A DNA stretch of 64,000 nucleotides from an uncultured bacterium (GCA_963729625.1 CAVSOU010000010.1:160001-224000), one strand, 5' to 3'; counted from the first letter of the stretch, positions 18,846 to 29,289 are shown. The notes: generated from the sequence alone by a model not told the origin. Program-made: numbers and translations.

Positions 18846-21104
18846 GTGAACAATGATGTGCTCGGCGGACGATATCGCCTGATCCGCATATTGGGCGAGG
18901 GCGGGATGGCCCGTGTGCACGAGGCCGAAGACCTTCGTCTTGGGCGACGTGTGGCAGTCAAGATCCTGCTTCCGCAATTCACCGCCGATGCGGAGTTCCT
19001 GCGGCGCTTCCAGCAGGAGGCTCGTCTGGCCGCGAGCCTCTCGCATCCAAACGTCGTGGGCGTGTACGACGTTGGGCAGGACGGCTCATCGAACTACATT
19101 GTCATGGAGTTGGTCGACGGTGAGACGCTCAAGGAGAAGATCCAGAAGACGGGGCCGTTGCCGGTAACCGAGGCACTTCGTATCGCCCTAGAAGTGTGCG
19201 CGGCGCTCAGTGCGGCGCACGCTCGGAGCCTTATCCATCGCGATATCAAGCCGCAGAACATACTCCTAACGGAGAATGGCCAGGTCAAGGTTGCCGATTT
19301 CGGCATTGCGCGCAGAACAAGCAGCTCGACCATAACACAAACTGGGACGGTCCTGGGCTCGGTACACTACCTTTCGCCGGAACAGGCTACCGGACAGGAG
19401 GCAGGCCCCCGAGCTGACCTCTACGCGCTTGGCGTCACCCTGTTTGAGATGCTCACAGGGCGTCTGCCGTTCAACGCCGAGAACCCGGTCGCAGTGGCCA
19501 TGCAGCACGTCCAAAGTGCACCCCCCTTGCCGCGACAGTTCAATCGGTCCATTCCGCCTGCCCTGGAAGCGCTGGTTCTTCGGCTCCTCGCTAAGAATCC
19601 AGCCGAGCGCTTTCCAGACGCGTCTGCTGTTGCTGAGGCGCTGCGAGGCATTCTCGGTCATGCAGCGGGCAGCACACGAATGATGCGACCAGTAGTCGCT
19701 CCGAGTGTTCCGCAGCCCGAGGTGAGCTTGACTCCGGAGCTGAAGCAAGGGGTCACAGGCACGCGGGTGATGCCGGTAACTGCCGCGCCCGCCTCCGTGA
19801 CAATGCTTCAGGCTGAAGCATCGTCCAGTGCGGCGCGGCGACCAGCCAGAAGCGGTAGGCGGTCCGTGCTCATTGGGTCCGGATTCGGCGCCGCTGCCGC
19901 GCTGGCGATCGTCATTGTCCTCGCCCTCCTTGCATCCGGTGGCTCGCCCAGCCTTAGCGGCATAGCGCACCTGGCGGCGACGCCCACGCGTACGCCAACT
20001 TTGGTGCCTCGGCCCACGGCGACACACAGGCCATCCGCGACGCGGACTGCTACGAGCACTGCCGCTCCGTCCACCGCGACTGCGTCGGCCACACCAGGTG
20101 CATCAATGACGTTCACCCCTGTGCTGTACATGCTTGCCACCGCGTCGGTGAGATTCACGCCGACATTGACACCCGTTCCGCCCAGTCCGACCGTGACGGA
20201 CACGCCCATTCCGACGGTCACGCGCACCTGGACGGCCACGCCGACCACCACCAATACGCCCACCGTCACGCTGACGCGTACTTTCACGCGTACGCCGACC
20301 GCGACGGACACGCCGACTAACACCCCGACACACACGCCCACTGTTCCACCCACAAGAACATCGACGCCCCTGCCGACTGACACTCCAACGGCGAGTCCAA
20401 CTCCGACGGACACTCCAACGGCGATTCCAACGGCGACTGAGGCGCCCGCTACGCCAACAACTGCGCCCCCGACGCCAACAACTGAGCCCGCTACACTTGC
20501 GCCTGATACGCCGACTTTGTCGATACTTTCCACAGTGTCACCAACCAGTGCTGCTGGTCCTCCCGAGAGTTCACCAACTTCTCTGGTCAGTCCGGTCGCT
20601 AGCTCTCCAACCGCGGCGAGCGGTCCCTCTGCTGGCTCGGCAACCCCGGCAGTTAGCCCAGCGGCGGGCTCACCGACTTCGGTGGGCAGCCCCGGGTCCG
20701 GCACCGCCGCGGTCGAGTCTGTATCACCGTCTGGGACCCCGGCAGTCGAGGCTGTAACGCCCTCTGGGAGCTCGGGGGTTGAGTCGGCAACTCCGTCTGG
20801 GACCCCGGCAGTCGAGGCTGTAACGCCCTCTGGGAGCTCGGCGGTTGAGTCCGCCACTCCGTCTGGGAGCTCGGCGGTTGAGTCCGCCACTCCGTCTGGG
20901 AGCTCGGCGGTTGAGTCCGCAACTCCGTCTGGGAGCCCGGAGGCTGAGTCCGCAACCCCGTCCGGGAGCCCGGCGGTTGAGTCCGCAACTCCTTCCAGCA
21001 GCCCTGCTCCGCTATCGACGATCGGGTCGGCTACGCCCGCGCCCAACTCGACGACTGCAGGATCGTCGGTCGTTGTCACGCCCACGGCTACTTTTGTCGG
21101 TTGA
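18846..21104 (+). CDS. Hanks-type Ser/Thr kinase (PknB-like) with TM and Ser/Thr/Pro-rich ectodomain, no PASTA
   Basis: LGEGGMARV, VAVK, HRDIKPQN, DFG and SPEQ motifs; TM LIGSGFGAAAALAIVIVLALLA; low-complexity C-terminal half. Confidence 0.93.
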   Translation: MNNDVLGGRYRLIRILGEGGMARVHEAEDLRLGRRVAVKILLPQFTADAEFLRRFQQEARLAASLSHPNVVGVYDVGQDGSSNYIVMELVDGETLKEKIQKTGPLPVTEALRIALEVCAALSAAHARSLIHRDIKPQNILLTENGQVKVADFGIARRTSSSTITQTGTVLGSVHYLSPEQATGQEAGPRADLYALGVTLFEMLTGRLPFNAENPVAVAMQHVQSAPPLPRQFNRSIPPALEALVLRLLAKNPAERFPDASAVAEALRGILGHAAGSTRMMRPVVAPSVPQPEVSLTPELKQGVTGTRVMPVTAAPASVTMLQAEASSSAARRPARSGRRSVLIGSGFGAAAALAIVIVLALLASGGSPSLSGIAHLAATPTRTPTLVPRPTATHRPSATRTATSTAAPSTATASATPGASMTFTPVLYMLATASVRFTPTLTPVPPSPTVTDTPIPTVTRTWTATPTTTNTPTVTLTRTFTRTPTATDTPTNTPTHTPTVPPTRTSTPLPTDTPTASPTPTDTPTAIPTATEAPATPTTAPPTPTTEPATLAPDTPTLSILSTVSPTSAAGPPESSPTSLVSPVASSPTAASGPSAGSATPAVSPAAGSPTSVGSPGSGTAAVESVSPSGTPAVEAVTPSGSSGVESATPSGTPAVEAVTPSGSSAVESATPSGSSAVESATPSGSSAVESATPSGSPEAESATPSGSPAVESATPSSSPAPLSTIGSATPAPNSTTAGSSVVVTPTATFVG
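20712..21005 (+). repeat. Coding tandem repeat, 33-nt unit x about 9 (VESATPSGSSA)
   Basis: Successive near-identical units such as gttgagtccgccactccgtctgggagctcggcg. Confidence 0.92.
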
Positions 21105-21176
21105 CGAGAGGGCTGTGACGCGAGTTACGGCTATGATAGGTATCGCGCTGCACCACGTCCCCGCGCGTGCCAGCGT

Positions 21177-22271
21177 TCAGCGCGCTCGCACATACTGCAT
21201 GTGCGTGACCTGTCGCACGATGCCCCGCAGCTCGAGCATTGCCAGTGTGCTGCTTACCACACTGATCGGGAGGTCACTCGCCCTCGTCAAGCTGTCCACG
21301 TGCACGGGCTCGCTCCCGAGGAGACCAAGGAGAGTCTCCTCGGTACCATCGTGAGCCAGCACCAATTCCATGGCCAATTGCTGTGGCGCTGACTCGAGAT
21401 GAAGCTCCTCAAGAATATCTTCCACAGAGACGACGAGCTTGGCCTCGCCGCGGCTAATCAGGCGGTTTGTTCCCGCCGACCGTGGCGCAAACATGCTCCC
21501 GGGAACGGCGAACACTTCGCGGTTTTGTTCGCAAGCCCGCGCTGCAGTAATCAAAGCTCCGCTCGCATCGCCGGCTTCCACAACGAGCGTACCCAGGCTG
21601 AGACCGGATATCACCCGATTGCGCATGGGAAAATTCGGCGCGTCTGGTTTTGTCCCGAGCGGGAACTCAGAGATGATGGCGCCGTGTCGCGTGATATCGA
21701 GTGCGAGCGATCTGTGCTCCGATGGATAGATGATGTCGACTCCGCAGCCCAACACCGCGATGGTTCGCCCGCCGGCGTCGATGGCGGATCGATGCGCCAC
21801 CGCATCAACTCCTCGGGCAAGGCCGCTCACGATGGTCACACCATTTCTGACCAGGCCTTCCACCAGGTGAGCCGTGGCCTGACGCCCGTAACTTGTGACA
21901 TTGCGGCTGCCGACAACTGCTATCGCGACCTCATCGTGTGGGGAGAGAGCACCGATCACGTGAAGCGCTGCCGGCGCGCCGTCCACCGTTCGAAGCAGCG
22001 CCGGATAGTCGTGGTCACCCATAGTTACGAAGTCGGCTCCCGACCGGGCCAATCGCTCTCGCTCGGCTACTGGATCGAGAAGCGGTCTTTCGCGAATGGC
22101 AGCCTCAACAGTGCGCTGATCGAGGCCGGCGGACAGGAGATCGTGGGGTGTCGCCTTCCAGGCGCGTTCCATGTCGCCGAAATACTCCCACAGTCGCCGC
22201 AGGCGGGCGGCGCCAATGCCGCTGATCTTGCTCCACGCTATCCATTGGCCGGCGTCGCACCGCGTCTCCAC
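21177..22271 (-). CDS. dprA: DNA-processing protein DprA
   Basis: AVVGSR, VSGLARGVD, FPMRNRVISGLS, SGALITA and AVPGS motifs; C-terminal winged helix LAMLELRG. Confidence 0.96.
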   Translation of the reverse strand: METRCDAGQWIAWSKISGIGAARLRRLWEYFGDMERAWKATPHDLLSAGLDQRTVEAAIRERPLLDPVAERERLARSGADFVTMGDHDYPALLRTVDGAPAALHVIGALSPHDEVAIAVVGSRNVTSYGRQATAHLVEGLVRNGVTIVSGLARGVDAVAHRSAIDAGGRTIAVLGCGVDIIYPSEHRSLALDITRHGAIISEFPLGTKPDAPNFPMRNRVISGLSLGTLVVEAGDASGALITAARACEQNREVFAVPGSMFAPRSAGTNRLISRGEAKLVVSVEDILEELHLESAPQQLAMELVLAHDGTEETLLGLLGSEPVHVDSLTRASDLPISVVSSTLAMLELRGIVRQVTHMQYVRAR

Positions 22272-22273
22272 TT

Positions 22274-22729
22274 TCAGTCGACGTGGCTCAGCGCCAACGC
22301 GATGTCTCGCAAGCGCGATTCGAGCGCTCGAAGACTGGCATCCTGCAGGCTCACGTGTCGCAAGAACTCAGCCCGCTCTTGCGGCTTCAGTACGGCTGCC
22401 GGAACCATGTTGATCTTCTTGGGGGCGTTCCGCAGGTAGTCGCGAAGCACGGCGACCCGTGGAAGCTCCTCGGTGACAGCGATCGCTGCTTCTGCCCGCC
22501 GCCCGTCGAACGCGTGTTCAAGGAGGCGCCTTACCCGTTCGGCAGCCTTGATCCAGTCGGCGAAGCTCCGACCCGTCGCGTTCTTGATGTCCTTCTCGAC
22601 GAAGCCGCGAGCAAAGAATCCGAGGCCGCTCACCTTGGACTGGATTGTTCGAAGTTGCTGCTCCATGTCGGAAAGCGCAGCCACTGCGCCTTCAAGGTTG
22701 GTCTCCACGTCATCACGCTCGCTCGCCAT
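22274..22729 (-). CDS. Hypothetical helical protein upstream of dprA
   Basis: About 151 aa, helical/coiled-coil composition; stop lies 2 nt from the dprA start. Confidence 0.7.
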   Translation of the reverse strand: MASERDDVETNLEGAVAALSDMEQQLRTIQSKVSGLGFFARGFVEKDIKNATGRSFADWIKAAERVRRLLEHAFDGRRAEAAIAVTEELPRVAVLRDYLRNAPKKINMVPAAVLKPQERAEFLRHVSLQDASLRALESRLRDIALALSHVD

Positions 22730-22941
22730 GCTGAAGCTCTCCCTCGTCCGACGGTCCCAGTGATTATAGCTTACCTTAGCTCCTCCCCTTGCGGTGCGTG
22801 GGCACTGGCCGTACAATCCGTGGTATCGGGCGTCTTTCTACCATATATCTGTACATAACGATTTCATCGCTTTCCGGCACCGATGTGGCCGGAGTCCGCG
22901 GTGCGGTTACGTGACGAGTCCGTCGTAGAATTAGGATCCTT

Positions 22942-24645
22942 GTGCAGGCAACGAGTTCAGTTTGGGTCAATCCGCAGCATAGCGGCTCGGCGGTGCAGCT
23001 GCAGCAGCTCCGCGACATCGCCCCTCCTATCGTGGCGCAGATTCTCTTGGCTCGCGGCGTATCGGCGGCTCACGCGCAAGCGCTCTTGGGGCCGGGCGGC
23101 GGCGCCATCCACGATTCCAGCAGACTGCAGGATGTAGATAGAGCAGTCGATAGGCTTGTACGGGCACAAGCCGCTGGCGAAAAGGTCGCGGTCTATGGGG
23201 ATTCAGATGTAGACGGAATTGCGTCGGTGGCCGTGCTGGTCGAGGCGCTGAGCGCCGTTGGCATCGTGACGCTTCCATACGTGCCGAACCGATTAGAGGA
23301 GACCATAGGCGTTCACGTCGAGCCACTGCTGCGATTCGTCGATCAGGGTGTTACACTCGTGGTCACGGCAGATTGCAGTGTCACGAGCGAGTCCGTGGTC
23401 GCGCGATTTCTCGCGGCAGGATTGGAATTTCTTGTCACTGACCACCATGCGCCATGCCTTGTCCTGCCAGGCGTGACTGCTGTTGTCAATCCGCAGCGTG
23501 CAGATTGCGTTTACCCCTGCAGGGACCTGGCTGGGGTTGGCGTTGCGTTCAAGCTTGTCCAGCGCTTGTTCCAGGTGTTCGGCCTGCCTGATGAGCGCGC
23601 GAAACGGCTGCTCGATTTGGTGGCGCTCGGCACAATCGCGGACATGGTGCCGCTTGTGGGTGAGAATCGCGCCCTTGTATGGCAAGGCCTCAACGTGCTC
23701 AATACCTCAATTCGTCCGGGTCTGCGGTTGCTTGCCTCGCAAACAGGGCTGAGCCCAGGGTCGATCACTTCGACGTCCGTGGGGTGCCGCGTTTGCCCGC
23801 GCCTCAACGCCGCCGGCTTTACGGATGGGGGATCGGTTGCCTACGCGCTGCTGACCGCGCGAACTGAAGAGGACGCAAGAGATGTTGTTTCCACCATAGA
23901 GAAGCGCTTTCTCGACCGCCAGCAATTGGCCAAGAGGGTGCTCGCCGCGTGCATCGAGAGTATTGGACGCGGGCCATCCGCAGCCAGTCCTCTGGTTGTT
24001 GCGAGCATCGATCCGGCCGAAGCGTCCGTTGCAGGCTTTGTCACAGGTAAGCTGGTTGAGACATACGGTGGCGCGGCAATGGTGCTGCATCAAAGCGGCG
24101 AAATGGTGCGTGGGACAATGCGCGCAGCATCGCCTGGCTCCGTGGTCGACGCCCTGATTGCCCACAGGGACTTGCTCGACCAGTTTGGCGGTCATGCGCA
24201 GGCCGCCGGCTTCACGGCGCCTGCCGGTCATGTCCCTGCCTTAATCCCTGGCCTGCGCGAGTATATTGGACGCGCATACGACGACAGACAACTCGCCCCA
24301 TTATTGCGCATCGACGCAGAAGTGACCCCGTATGAGATTGACTGGCAGTTGTACGAGCAGTTGCAGGCACTTGAGCCACACGGTCCGGGCAACGAGAAGC
24401 CTCTTCTGCTCTGCCGGCGGCTTCGCGTTCACGACTACCGCCGCGTTGGAGCGAATCATCTGCAGATGACGCTGCGACGCGGAACCGTGATGCTGCAGGC
24501 CATTGCATATGGGCATGCCGCCGTTGCCGAGTACCTTCGCCGGAATCTCGAGGTCGATATAGTATTCAGCCTGGGTATAGCAGACTGGAACGGCGAGCAC
24601 ACGCTGCAACTCCGCATCTGCGACCTCGTCTTCAACCCAGCCTAG
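22942..24645 (+). CDS. recJ: RecJ-like ssDNA exonuclease (DHH/DHHA1/OB)
   Basis: YGDSDVDG, VTDHH, GTIADMVPL.GENR, PRLNAAG, FGGHAQAAG and LEPHGPGN motifs. Confidence 0.9.
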   Translation: MQATSSVWVNPQHSGSAVQLQQLRDIAPPIVAQILLARGVSAAHAQALLGPGGGAIHDSSRLQDVDRAVDRLVRAQAAGEKVAVYGDSDVDGIASVAVLVEALSAVGIVTLPYVPNRLEETIGVHVEPLLRFVDQGVTLVVTADCSVTSESVVARFLAAGLEFLVTDHHAPCLVLPGVTAVVNPQRADCVYPCRDLAGVGVAFKLVQRLFQVFGLPDERAKRLLDLVALGTIADMVPLVGENRALVWQGLNVLNTSIRPGLRLLASQTGLSPGSITSTSVGCRVCPRLNAAGFTDGGSVAYALLTARTEEDARDVVSTIEKRFLDRQQLAKRVLAACIESIGRGPSAASPLVVASIDPAEASVAGFVTGKLVETYGGAAMVLHQSGEMVRGTMRAASPGSVVDALIAHRDLLDQFGGHAQAAGFTAPAGHVPALIPGLREYIGRAYDDRQLAPLLRIDAEVTPYEIDWQLYEQLQALEPHGPGNEKPLLLCRRLRVHDYRRVGANHLQMTLRRGTVMLQAIAYGHAAVAEYLRRNLEVDIVFSLGIADWNGEHTLQLRICDLVFNPA

Positions 24646-24832
24646 GCAAAGATCGTGGCACCTCGGCGTGCCCGAAGCCGACCAGTGCCGATCCGTATGG
24701 GCTTGGCACGAACTGCAGGGAAACCGCTTACCGGATTTCCCGGATTCGCATGATCACGTCACCACTACCAGGTATACTCTGGTAGAGTGGTGGTTCTCGA
24801 GGTTTTTTGCATTGGCGCTATCAGCACATTCT

Positions 24833-27067
24833 ATGGTTCAGCGGCCGATCGCGACGGGTGTCGATGACCTGCTTGCGGTCGCAGGCACGTACCTTCCTCC
24901 GCAGGCGCTTGTCGCGATCCGGAAGGCTTATGATCTGGCTGACCACGCGCACGAAGGCATGGTACGGAAGTCAGGCGAAGCGTACGTTATGCACCCGCTG
25001 GCTGCATCGATGATCGTGGCCAGCATGCATCTCGACGCCACAACGATCGTCGCCGCGCTGCTACACGATGTTGTTGAGGATACGGCGGTATCGCTTCCCG
25101 AGCTCCGGGAGCGGTTCGGCCCCGCAGTAGCGCATATCGTGGACGGCGTCACGAAGTTCGAAGAACTTGGGCGGCGGCAGCGCAACTGGACCGATCAGCA
25201 GCTCAACGCGAGCGATGAGCAGCGCAAGAACCGCGAGCGCGCCGTCAAGCAGCAAGCCGAAAACATCAAGAAGATGTTCCTGGCGATGGCCGAGGATCCC
25301 CGCGTCGTGCTGGTCAAACTTGCCGATCGCCTCCACAACATGTGGACCCTTGATGCGCTACCAGCCGCGAAGCAGCAGCGAATCTCGACGGAGACGCGCG
25401 AGATTTACGCGCCACTCGCCGGTCGCTTAGGCATGGCGCAGATCAAGTGGGAGCTGGAGGATATCGCGTTCCGCTATCTTGAGCCCGAACAGTATGACCG
25501 GCTTGTGGCCGAGCTCGCTACAAGAGGAGCGCAGCGCGAGGAGTATATTGAGCGGGTAACCGCCCTATTGCGCCAGACGCTGCACGAGCACCATATCAAA
25601 GCAGAGGTCAAAGGCAGGGCCAAGCACCTTTACAGCATTTATAAGAAACTTGTCCGATCCGGAGAGTCCGATCTCTCCCACATTTACGATCTCTTCGCGC
25701 TGCGCGTGCTCGTGGACACAAAGAACGAGTGCTACGAGGTGCTCGGTATCGTACATGCCCACTGGCCGCCGTTGCCTGCCCGCTTCAAAGACTACATCGC
25801 AACGCCCAAACCAAACGGGTACAAGTCGCTGCACACGACAGTGATCTGCGAAGAAGGCCGTCCGACCGAAGTGCAGATCAGAACGCACGACATGCACCGC
25901 GAGGCCGAATTCGGCGTGGCTACCCACTGGTACTACAAGGAACAGGGCCTCTCGGCATCGCTGCCGACTGCCCTCACAAGCTGGATTTCGATGCTCAAGA
26001 GCTGGCAAGACGAGCTCAGTCAGAATGCCACCGACTTCGTGGATACAGTCAAGATCGACGTATTCCAGGACCAGGTGTTTGTCTCAAGCCCGAAGGGCGA
26101 CATCATCGATTTGCCTGCCAGGTCGACGCCAGTTGATTTTGCGTACCGCGTGCACACGGAGCTCGGTCACAGGACTATAGGCGCCAAGGTCAACGGAATC
26201 ATGGTGCCTCTTGACCATCGCTTGCAGAATGGCGATCGCGTAGAGATTCTGACTACCAAGACCGCTCACGGACCCAGTCGCGATTGGCTGGACTTCGTGG
26301 CGTCTGCGAGCGCGAGAGAGAAGGTCCGGCAATGGCTTCGGCGCCAGGACCGCGACAAGAACATCGGTCGTGGGCGTGAGCTGGTCGAGCGCGAGCTGAA
26401 CAGGCTTCAGCAGCGCGCCCTTGCCGCGATCACTCCTGACATGCTCGGAACCGTCACCGCAGCCCTGGACTTCCGAACCCCGGACGATCTCTTTGCCGCG
26501 GTCGGATACGGTGCAGTCAGCCCGCAGGGCGTGGTTATGCGCCTGCAGCCTCGGGAAGAAGTGCAACCGCCGCCACCGGCGGAAGTACCGCAAAAGGGGG
26601 ATGTACCCCCTCCTGCGGGTGTGACTGTGATGGGCGTGGGCGACCTGATGATCCGGCTTGCGGGCTGCTGCCAGCCTGCACTAGGCGACCAGATCACCGG
26701 TTATGTAACCCGTAACAGTGGCGTGACCATACATCGCACGTCCTGCGGACACATCGTTAACGAAAAAGAAGTCGCGCGGTTGGTGCCGGTCGAATGGGGC
26801 AAGTGGGTTGACAAGGCGCTCTACAAGGTCGGCATCGTCGTGCGCGCGTGGGACCGGGATGGACTTCTGCGTGATGTGAGCGCCGCGGTGACTGAGGAGC
26901 ACGTTCCAATTACCGGGGCGAAGGTTGACGCGCAGTCCACCGGCTACGCGATGATCCATCTCACAGTGAAGATCACCGACATCGAGCAGCTGAGTCGCGT
27001 GTTTTCCCGCCTTGAACGCGTGCGAAACGTCCAGGAAGTGCGTCGAGACGGGAACTCGCACTCATAG
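24833..27067 (+). CDS. rel: Bifunctional (p)ppGpp synthetase/hydrolase
   Basis: HD motif LLHDVVED, RFKDYIATPK, EVQIRT, TGS (STPVDFAY), zinc/CC and ACT domains. Confidence 0.97.
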   Translation: MVQRPIATGVDDLLAVAGTYLPPQALVAIRKAYDLADHAHEGMVRKSGEAYVMHPLAASMIVASMHLDATTIVAALLHDVVEDTAVSLPELRERFGPAVAHIVDGVTKFEELGRRQRNWTDQQLNASDEQRKNRERAVKQQAENIKKMFLAMAEDPRVVLVKLADRLHNMWTLDALPAAKQQRISTETREIYAPLAGRLGMAQIKWELEDIAFRYLEPEQYDRLVAELATRGAQREEYIERVTALLRQTLHEHHIKAEVKGRAKHLYSIYKKLVRSGESDLSHIYDLFALRVLVDTKNECYEVLGIVHAHWPPLPARFKDYIATPKPNGYKSLHTTVICEEGRPTEVQIRTHDMHREAEFGVATHWYYKEQGLSASLPTALTSWISMLKSWQDELSQNATDFVDTVKIDVFQDQVFVSSPKGDIIDLPARSTPVDFAYRVHTELGHRTIGAKVNGIMVPLDHRLQNGDRVEILTTKTAHGPSRDWLDFVASASAREKVRQWLRRQDRDKNIGRGRELVERELNRLQQRALAAITPDMLGTVTAALDFRTPDDLFAAVGYGAVSPQGVVMRLQPREEVQPPPPAEVPQKGDVPPPAGVTVMGVGDLMIRLAGCCQPALGDQITGYVTRNSGVTIHRTSCGHIVNEKEVARLVPVEWGKWVDKALYKVGIVVRAWDRDGLLRDVSAAVTEEHVPITGAKVDAQSTGYAMIHLTVKITDIEQLSRVFSRLERVRNVQEVRRDGNSHS

Positions 27068-27175
27068 CCGGGACGCCCGATCCGCGTCGAGTGCGGCGCA
27101 AGGCTGCGGCACGCGGGCTGCGGTTCAGGTACCTGTCGTGGCCCGCGACGGTTGCGTGCTGGAAGGCCTTCAAGC

Positions 27176-27202
27176 GCATAGCGATGCAGCGATGTGTATA
27201 AT
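27176..27202 (+). promoter_or_regulatory. Putative ARG box next to a perfect -10 element upstream of argJ
   Basis: GCATAgcgATGCA (27176-27188) resembles ArgR operators; TATAAT at 27197-27202; argR is in the operon. Confidence 0.5.
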
Positions 27203-27286
27203 GACCCTGGCGGCAAGAGCGCGCGCTATCGGTGGGCTCGTGCAGTGATCTGAGTGAGGTTGCACTAGAAGAAGGCGAGACACGCC

Positions 27287-28492
27287 GTGCAAGTCCGCGA
27301 TGCGGATCAGGGCGTTACAGTGCCGTTGGGGTACCGAGCCGGCGCTGTGGCGTGCGGGATCAAGGATGGTAGCGCCAAACCAGATCTCGCTGTGATTGTT
27401 TCCGACGTACCTGCTGCCGCGGCTGCGGTGTTCACGCAGAACAAGGCCGCCGCGGCGCCGATTCACCTCAATCGCGCGCGCATTCAATCGCATCGTGCCT
27501 CTGCGATCGTTGCGAACAGTGGGAACGCCAACGCCTGTACCGGCTCACAGGGTCTTCAGGATGCGCGGACCATGGGCACGCTTGTCGCGGCGAGATTCGG
27601 CGTGCCGGACGAGGACGTCCTTGTGTTCTCGACTGGCGTCATCGGCGTCCCATTGCCGATGGATCGCGTCGAGTCAGGGTTTGCGCGGCTCGACGTTTCG
27701 ACCGTGGGAGGCCAGGATTTCGCTCGCGCGATCATGACTACCGACACGCGCCCGAAGAGCTGCTCGATTGGCCTGGAGATTGACGGTGTGGCGATCAACA
27801 TCGGCGGGGCAGCTAAGGGCGCGGGAATGATTCATCCCAACATGGCAACGCTCTTGGGGTTTCTCACAACTGACGCTCGGATCGAGCCCGAATTCCTCCA
27901 GGCGTCGCTCACTTCAGCCGTGGAGAGATCATTCAACATGATCAGCGTGGATGGCGACACATCGACGAATGACGCAGTCGTGCTACTGGCAAACGGCGCC
28001 GCGGGCGCCGCCTGCATTCACGCGGCACATCCGGAGGCAACGGCGTTCTCGCAGTCACTGACGGCGCTCTGTCTTCACCTTGCGAAGCAACTCGTTTCTG
28101 ATGGCGAGGGTGCGCGAACGCTCGTCGAAGTCCAGGTGGACGGTGCACGCTGCGAGAGTGATGCGCGCGCGATCGCACGCGAGATTTCGAAATCAAACCT
28201 GGTGAAGACGGCGGTCTTTGGCGGCGATCCGAACTGGGGGCGGATCATCTGCGCGGCAGGCTATTCTGGGTGCGATTTCGACGCCGAACAAGCGACGCTG
28301 CACCTGAACGATATGTGCCTCTATGACAAGGGCCTTGGGCTGCAGTATTCACGGGGAAGAGCGTCAAGGCTGCTCAAGGAGCCTACGGTGACGCTTCGCC
28401 TCGATCTCCATCTGGGAGACGGATCGGCAACCGCATGGGGCTGCGACATGAGCTATGACTACGTACGCATCAACGCCGAGTACACGACATGA
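27287..28492 (+). CDS. argJ: Ornithine acetyltransferase
   Basis: ANSGNANACTG, STGVIG, IMTTDT, KGAGMIHPNMAT, DGDTSTND and YVRINAEYTT motifs. Confidence 0.97.
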   Translation: MQVRDADQGVTVPLGYRAGAVACGIKDGSAKPDLAVIVSDVPAAAAAVFTQNKAAAAPIHLNRARIQSHRASAIVANSGNANACTGSQGLQDARTMGTLVAARFGVPDEDVLVFSTGVIGVPLPMDRVESGFARLDVSTVGGQDFARAIMTTDTRPKSCSIGLEIDGVAINIGGAAKGAGMIHPNMATLLGFLTTDARIEPEFLQASLTSAVERSFNMISVDGDTSTNDAVVLLANGAAGAACIHAAHPEATAFSQSLTALCLHLAKQLVSDGEGARTLVEVQVDGARCESDARAIAREISKSNLVKTAVFGGDPNWGRIICAAGYSGCDFDAEQATLHLNDMCLYDKGLGLQYSRGRASRLLKEPTVTLRLDLHLGDGSATAWGCDMSYDYVRINAEYTT

Positions 28493-29289
28493 CCGGACCC
28501 GGATCCGGCGGTACTGTCGTTATTAAAGTCGGGGGCGCCGTAGCAGACCTTGATGGCGCGCTTCTCGGCCTTCCCAAGCTTATTAGCTCCGGCTACCGTG
28601 CGGTGGTCGTTCATGGAGGCGGGCAGGAAATCTCCGCGCTGATGGGTAGGCTATCGCTGCCGGTTCGCTTCAAGGATGGCCTGCGCGTGACAGACCCCGA
28701 GTCGATGGAAATCGCCACCATGGTGTTGCGCGGCAAGGTAAGCGTGTCGCTGGTCGGGGCCCTCGTGCGCCACGGCGTGCGCGCCATCGGCCTCTGCGGC
28801 GTGGACGCCGGCATATTGACCGCGCGCCCGCATGCCGACGCCGACCTTGGCTTGGTGGGTGAGGTCGACACCGTGAATCCTGACCTGCTCGACGTTCTCA
28901 TGCGCGATGGCTACGTGCCGCTCCTAGCGCCAATCGCGCTCGACTCGTCGGGTGTGCTTCGCAACATCAACGCTGATAGTGTGGCCGGAGCAGTAGCCGG
29001 AGCGCTTCGTGCAGCAGTCTCGGTATTTCTGACTGACGTGCCAGGAGTGCTGGATGGGCATGGGGCGGTCCTCGCGAGGCTCACACCGGCGCAGGTCACC
29101 GCGCTGGTCGCGGACGGCACGATTCGCGGCGGCATGCTCCCAAAAGTCGGGGCTTGCCTGGCGGCACTGGATAGCGGGGCTCAAGCGTCGTGCATCGCGC
29201 ACGGGCGCGATCGCGAGGTGCTGCGACCGATGCTCAACGGTGGCCTTCCGCGGGGAACGGTTTTCACCGCGCTTGAATTGGGCGCCTAG
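28489..29289 (+). CDS. argB: Acetylglutamate kinase
   Basis: IKVGG, VHGGG, GLRVTD, NINAD and GGMLPK motifs. Confidence 0.95.
   Translation: MTGPGSGGTVVIKVGGAVADLDGALLGLPKLISSGYRAVVVHGGGQEISALMGRLSLPVRFKDGLRVTDPESMEIATMVLRGKVSVSLVGALVRHGVRAIGLCGVDAGILTARPHADADLGLVGEVDTVNPDLLDVLMRDGYVPLLAPIALDSSGVLRNINADSVAGAVAGALRAAVSVFLTDVPGVLDGHGAVLARLTPAQVTALVADGTIRGGMLPKVGACLAALDSGAQASCIAHGRDREVLRPMLNGGLPRGTVFTALELGA

Noticed and set aside
20712-21005. 33-nt periodic repeats as a CRISPR array
   Set aside because: Contiguous in-frame coding repeats with no unique spacers, and no cas genes in the window.
19808-21085. 425-aa Val/Gly-rich minus-strand ORF with repeats
   Set aside because: Antisense shadow of the kinase's Thr/Pro-rich tail.
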